A stretch of 64,000 nucleotides of DNA from Macrostomum lignano (Eukaryota). Position 1 is the first letter of the stretch; each line of letters opens with the position of its first letter. The translations under genes and the position numbers were made by a program. The stretch covers positions 925 to 64,924 of the forward strand of contig NIVC01004007.1 in the NCBI GenBank assembly GCA_002269645.1. The letters run 5' to 3'. Under the pieces are notes generated by a model. That model was not told the origin of the DNA. It worked only from the letters and a program-made list of their open reading frames with translations, and ran no database searches. Shown here in pieces: positions 58,151 through 64,000 of the stretch.

Positions 58151-59268
58151 TAGCCAGCTTGCTAAGCTAGGAGGGGGGGGGGTTGGCATAGCCTATCATA
58201 TATGCCATTCTTTTGTACCTCCCTAGGACCCTCAATATTGCGCTGTTTGTGTAAATAAATATATGTGCAAAGCAGCACAAAATATTTGCTGCCATTACAT
58301 CTATTGAACTAAAAGGCCTTCCACCTCATTGGTAAGCCCAATGTGGAATGCTGGGCCTACCTAGTTGGCCCTGTGCAGTCCTGGCAGCCAGCCGCTTGGC
58401 CAACTACAATAGCAGCAATAGCAACCTAGCAGCACTGCAGCCTAGCAGCACTATAGCCCAGCAGCATCACAGCCTAGCAACATTGCAACCTAGCAGCATT
58501 GCAGCCTAGCAGCACCATAGCCTAGCAACATTGCAACCTAGCAGCATTGCAGCCTAGCAGCACCATAGCCTAGCAACATTGCAACCTAGCAGCACTGCAA
58601 CCTAGCAGCACTGTAGCCTAGCAGCACTATAGCCTAGTAGCATTGCAGCCCCATAGCCCAGCAGCACCATAGTCTAGTAGCATCACAGACCAGCAGCACT
58701 GCAGCCCAGCAGCACCATAGTCTAGTAGCATTGCAGCCCAGCCACACTGTAGCCCAGTAGCATCGCAGCCTAGTAGCATTGCAGCCCTATAGCACCATAG
58801 CCTAGTAGCACTGCAGCCCTGCAGTACCATATCCCAGTAGCACTGCAGCCCAACAGTACCATAGCCCAGTAGCACTAGATACCAACTCCTACACCAACTC
58901 CAGACACCAACCCCAGACCAGCCTAGCAGCACCATAGCCCAGTAGCACTGTAGCCCCATAGCCCAGTAACACCATAGTCTAATAGCATTGCAGCCTAGTA
59001 GCACTGCAGCCCAGCAACATCATAGCCTAGCAACACTGTAGCCCAGCAGCACTGTAGCCCAGCAACACCATAGCCTAGCAGCTACAACAGTTTTGTATAG
59101 CTGGCTTGCTAAGCTAGGAGAGTTGGCATAGCCTATCATGCCATGCCACCTTTTTGCACTTCCCTAGGCCTTTTAATATCACACTGTTTGTGTAAATAAA
59201 TATATGCGCAAAGTAGCGCAAAATCTTTGCTGCCATTATATCTATTGAACTAAAAGGCCTTCTGCCTC
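58151..59268. repeat. Two ~175-bp direct repeats (58151-58330, 59098-59268) flanking a degenerate ~19-bp array (58410-59085)
   Basis: The copies align end to end; many differences are C>T or G>A. Confidence 0.85.
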
Positions 59269-60460
59269 AATAGTCAAATAGGCAAAGATATGAAGTTTTA
59301 TACAAAATCATTAAGAAATTTTTTATAAATATAAAATATACATATTTTTTATAAACTTAAATATAATTTAGTCTTAGAAAATATGCATTTGATATGCAAT
59401 TACTAAAAAAATATTTTGATTAAGTTAAGAAAATCTCTTTATTAAAACTTATTAAGCATTAGAGAGGTAATGCAAACAAAATCTACCATATGTAGCTAAT
59501 GCATTAATGCACTGCAGGAAAAAACATTGGAGGCAAACCTTGGCAGAAAAAAACTTGGCAGGCAATTCTAGCCTAGGTAGACAAATCACCACAGGCAATT
59601 TACTTATGGGCAAAATGCACTATAGGCAAATCTTGGCAAGAAAAGCTTGGCAGTCAATTTGTCTATAGGCAATTCTCATAGAACCAGTATAGCTACTAGC
59701 AATATATGGCCAACAATAGTTTAGAAAAAACAACTAGGGGGCCTAGAACTCTATGCTTATTTATTTTCTTATAAGTTATACTTCAACAATATTCATTAAA
59801 AAAAAACTTAAATATATATAGGCTAGATCATTTCATTGGATTGAATACAATAATCAATATTAATATTATATTATAAACATATTATATATTTGAAACTATA
59901 GTCAGGATGATGTATATTATGCCAGAAATTTCCGGCGTACAATTGGCATAAAAAATATATTTGGTGTACCTTTTGGTGTGATGCCATGTTGTAAATACAC
60001 CAAGCAGCATATGCCAACTCCAACCTTCACGTCAAAGTTAATATTAACAATTGTTGGCATAATGCCGTAACCTCAGAATCTTATTAGAAAATCATAAAAA
60101 CCATAAAACTAGTAAGCAAAGATGAAAGTTCATAACTGTTTATGATTTATAAAAATTTAAAATTCCACGCAAACTATTCGTGTTGATTTTCTAAAAAAAC
60201 TTAAACAAAAAATTGATTTTTGTTGGCATTATCTGTAAGCCAATTTACTTTAAAGGAAAACCACACATTTGTTAAATTTTTATTGTTAAAAATGTATAAC
60301 ACGCAAAAAAGGTCATTTATTGTCACAAAGCCTAGAAAACCTAGCGTAAGTTCCTTGGACCTTGGCATACATTTCAGTATAAAGTGGCGTAGATTTTTTT
60401 AGGGGACTTTTTATTCCAGCGTATACCATGACATGATCTTGACTATGGGTTTAAAATAGG

Positions 60461-60569
60461 CTATCCTGTAGTTTCGCACGTTAAATTATTTTACGGAATT
60501 ATTTCGCCCTCTATTCAAGGGTGGTGGGGGGGTGGGGGTAATAATTTAACGTGCGAAACTACAGGATAG
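60461..60569. mobile_element. Small MITE-like element with perfect 30-bp inverted repeats
   Basis: CTATCCTGTAGTTTCGCACGTTAAATTATT ... AATAATTTAACGTGCGAAACTACAGGATAG. Confidence 0.75.
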
Positions 60570-63539
60570 GCTTAAAATAATTTAAATACATTTCCAAGTA
60601 TAAATTAAAATGGTATATTTTACTCTACACTCTTTTCTAGACTGTGTAGGCCTATTAGGGGTGGGGTCTTAGTTCAAAATTGAAATACATATTAATTAAA
60701 ATTATCTAAATGATATAAAAATTTTATAAAAAGGCCTAGCTTTATATTAATTAGGCCTAGTTTAATTGCAATTTGAAAATCTGTTTTTTTAAGTAAATGA
60801 CCTATTGAATACTTTTTGATAATATTTAACCAATTATGCCATAGTAAGTAGAGGTTTTGGCTTGAAATTTGATTATTGAATTGATTTCCTAAATTAATAA
60901 TTTTTGTTTCAAGACAAGACAATAATATAATAATTAAGACCAAAGGCAAGGCTTCTGTCAGTCTCAGTACAGTAGTCCAATTTTTTAAGCTTGCTTTAGT
61001 CATTTAGCTAATGTTGCAAATAAACTTAACTAGTGTCATTACTGTGCTCTTATTTTTATGTAGTGTAAGGACAGTAGGCCCTATAGGCCGAAGGACTATG
61101 CTTATGCGGCTATGGCCTATGGGTTCTTTTCATTGAAGCATGTCGTTGTCGATTCTATTAATCTACGTTTTGCAAGTCCTAAAAGGCTTGTTCACACCGC
61201 AATAAAAATAACCAAATTCAATGTGGTCGCACCGTTTGTATACAAAATTTGATTTCTTTTTTACATTGATCGTGTAAATGGTCATTGGTTTGCTTATTCG
61301 AGACTTTTCGCATAATTAGCTCGAATTTCGTAGAAAGTTGTATTGAACGAAATTACCGGAAAATAAAAAATAGTTTTAAATTTTTCTAGCTTTTATCACC
61401 TTGCGTAAAAACTGTTTCATCCAATTTTTTTCGTTGAGTTTTACATTTAAAAGATGACCATTGTTAGAATATCCTGATGCCTAATTCTCACTGGTAGACT
61501 CGGTAAAGCAAACAACATTATTATTTTATTTAGATAGCTAGCCTGCTTTCATCACAAGTGGTTAAAAACCTGTGCTCTTATTTCAATCTTGCTTTGAGGC
61601 TCGCAGTAGAGGTCTGTAGATGCAGTGAGAGGTATTTAAGGCAAAAAAACTAGGTTTCGTGATTCATACTTTGTTATGCTGAGACTAAAAAAATAGTAAA
61701 AAGCAAAAGAAGGCCTATACACTCATAGATGGCACTCTTGATTCCTATAGAGATGTGAAAAAATTCCATAATATTGTGACAGTGTAATTCATAGAATCAT
61801 CTGATCGTACTTCCTTATCTCGCATTGCATGCATACTACGTACTTGTATTTTTAAATTTATTTTAACAATATTCTATACGCATTATTATTGCGCTAATGT
61901 TACAGTTAATTGCTTTGTTTTTGTAGCCTCGTATGTATTTATTCTATTAGTTGTATTTCATTCATATCGTTATTATTTCTCGTACAGTAGATCTACCTAT
62001 GTACATGTACTGGCGTATGTTATTCTTACCCGATATATTAATTAATCGATTAATTTGTACAAGTACATTTCCCGCCGCGTGAGGGGTTTGTCTGGATTTT
62101 GGATTAGGGATGTTGTTTGTTATCTGTTTACCTTACAATTAAATATACGCTTGCAGTCAGCCGCCGCTCTCTCCTTCTCTCCTGGGTTTTCGCTCCGCTT
62201 CTCGCGGGCCCTTAGCCGTCGCATTCAATTGCTTTAGTCGCACTAAAATTAAGCAGCTACCAATCCAAACCTAACATTTAATTAAACATACCAAATCTGA
62301 TATCTGCAATTTACGCTAAGGGAAGTCAGCTGCTGGCTCTAGATTATTAAATTTAACCGCTACACAAGTCGTACGTCTTCCCGCCTTTATTCGTCACAAT
62401 ATATTATATTTTCATTAGCATATCCACATCGTTTATCATCTTTAATCATTAGATTTAGAAGGTTTAAGTATATCAAGTTTTACACGTAGCTTCACAGAGA
62501 TATTGCTCACAAGACGAATTCAAAAAGCGAAAATAACTTCATGGACGTTTTGATCTTAATAAAACTGTGATAGCAGGCATTTAACGCGCTGCAATTTATT
62601 CATTAAAAGCTTACTAAACAAGTTTTTTGATTTGTTTTATTTAATGCTTTTTAAATTAAAATCTACGACAATTTGGCTTTTCAACAAAACGAGAAACAAA
62701 ATAAGACAAAGTTCAGTGGTACAATACTCAGCATGTAATGTATATAAGTTTTGTTTCTATATCTAATTAGAACGAGTATAGACTCTTCTTTAACGTGTAG
62801 ATTTTGTTTTTACTAAAAACGTTTTCTTTGCTTAGCAATTTCTTTAAAAAAACACTTTTACAATTTTTTGTGTAATTATCAGCTTATGGTAACCTCACTT
62901 AAGTCCCTACAAATGGCTACAATAAGCTGCGGACCATGAACCTTTTTAAGTTGTGCAAGTTTGTCAAAAATGTGCGTGCAAGTGTGCAAATTTTTTCAGA
63001 CATGCACAGAATGTGCCAAGATTTTATCTCATTTATAAAATTCCATCCTGGTAGGTAGCGATAATAATGATTGTAGTTAAGTGGTCTTTAACAGGCACAC
63101 ATATGCTCACCCCTGATTTACACTGGCATTTGATTTACTTTTTGACCAAAAATGCAACATAAGTATAAAAGAAACCATTGACCATGCAGCAATTTTTTTA
63201 AATAATAGGAATAACTATGACTATCTTATAAGGCTAAATGCCTTGTTATCTAATTAGTATTCTGTCTATTCTCTTGGCCCTTTTTGGCAACTTAACCCTG
63301 GTCTACCACAATTTTGGCTAGTAGTTATATATGTATAAGCATAAGTTGTTCAATTTGGGATCCTTAGATACCATTAACTTAATATACATTGAAATTTGTT
63401 AATGTTTTTCTAAGAGTTGCATAGTGTTGCTACCATTATAAATTATGTTATAAAATGTTAGATTCTTAGAGCTTGTTCAAAATAGAGATTACTTGGTTAT
63501 TTTTTACCTAATAGACAATTACTTAAGATGGCAGTGCTT

Positions 63540-63830
63540 ATTTAGCCGCACCGGTCGAATAAGTTTTGCTACTATTTAGCCGGCACCGGCCGAAATAAGC
63601 TCGTCACTATTTAGCCGGCAGTCCTGCCCCACTGCCGGTCAAATAAGCTCGTCACTATTTAGCCGGCAGTCCTGCCCCACTGCCAGTCAAATAAGCGCGT
63701 CACTATTTAGCCAGCAGTCCTGCCCCACTGCCGGTCAAATAATTGCGTCACTATTTAGCCGGCAGTTCCTGCCCCACTGCCGGTCAAATAATTGCGTCAC
63801 TATTTAGCCGGCAGTCCTGGCCCCAATGGC
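63540..63830. repeat. ~43-bp minisatellite
   Basis: GTCACTATTTAGCCGGCAGTCCTGCCCCACTGCCGGTCAAATAAGC, about 6 copies. Confidence 0.9.
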
Positions 63831-64000
63831 CACGCTGCGGTCAAAATACATTTATACATTTTATAACTGCGCACTGCTCGTCATGACCTTAAATTAATAA
63901 TTTAACATACACAAGCTAATTATTAATCGACAATATTTGGAGTTTTTTGATTCATAGATTAAAGTGAAAGTAAAACATGCATAATTAATTTTTTAATTGT

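Noticed and set aside
60692-61003. 103-aa ORF, possibly a decayed reverse transcriptase
   Set aside because: AT-rich with no diagnostic motif; cannot be supported without a profile search

Overview
Animal (eukaryotic) genomic DNA with GC-rich, poly-Gly/poly-Gln exons and repeat-filled introns. The style suggests a free-living flatworm such as Macrostomum (inference, not verified). Four genes are well supported: a single-exon secreted protein with two Kazal domains and an Asn/Tyr/Arg linker (7506-8048, -), a 5-exon calmodulin-like EF-hand gene (12608-15653, +), a 13-exon DMXL/rabconnectin-3 alpha gene (18499-50398, -, about 3160 aa, two apparent single-base frameshifts) and a 2-exon CWC21/SRRM2-like gene (52436-55798, -). 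Tensin-like exons lie at the left edge. Almost every intron carries its own tandem array. Mobile elements include a near-intact DD37E Tc1-like transposon, Tc1 fragments, tRNA-derived SINEs (one CORE-type), LINE fragments, MITEs and a degenerate BEN-domain ORF. Strongest leads: (1) a sharply bounded CpG-erased zone at 55.85-61 kb, where two repeat copies show CG>TG, CG>CA and CG>TA changes resembling RIP; (2) the mussel-Mfp-3-like Kazal protein; (3) one minisatellite family in opposite orientations in two DMXL introns 15 kb apart. No CRISPR, rRNA or genuine tRNA genes were seen. All counts and alignments were done by eye.
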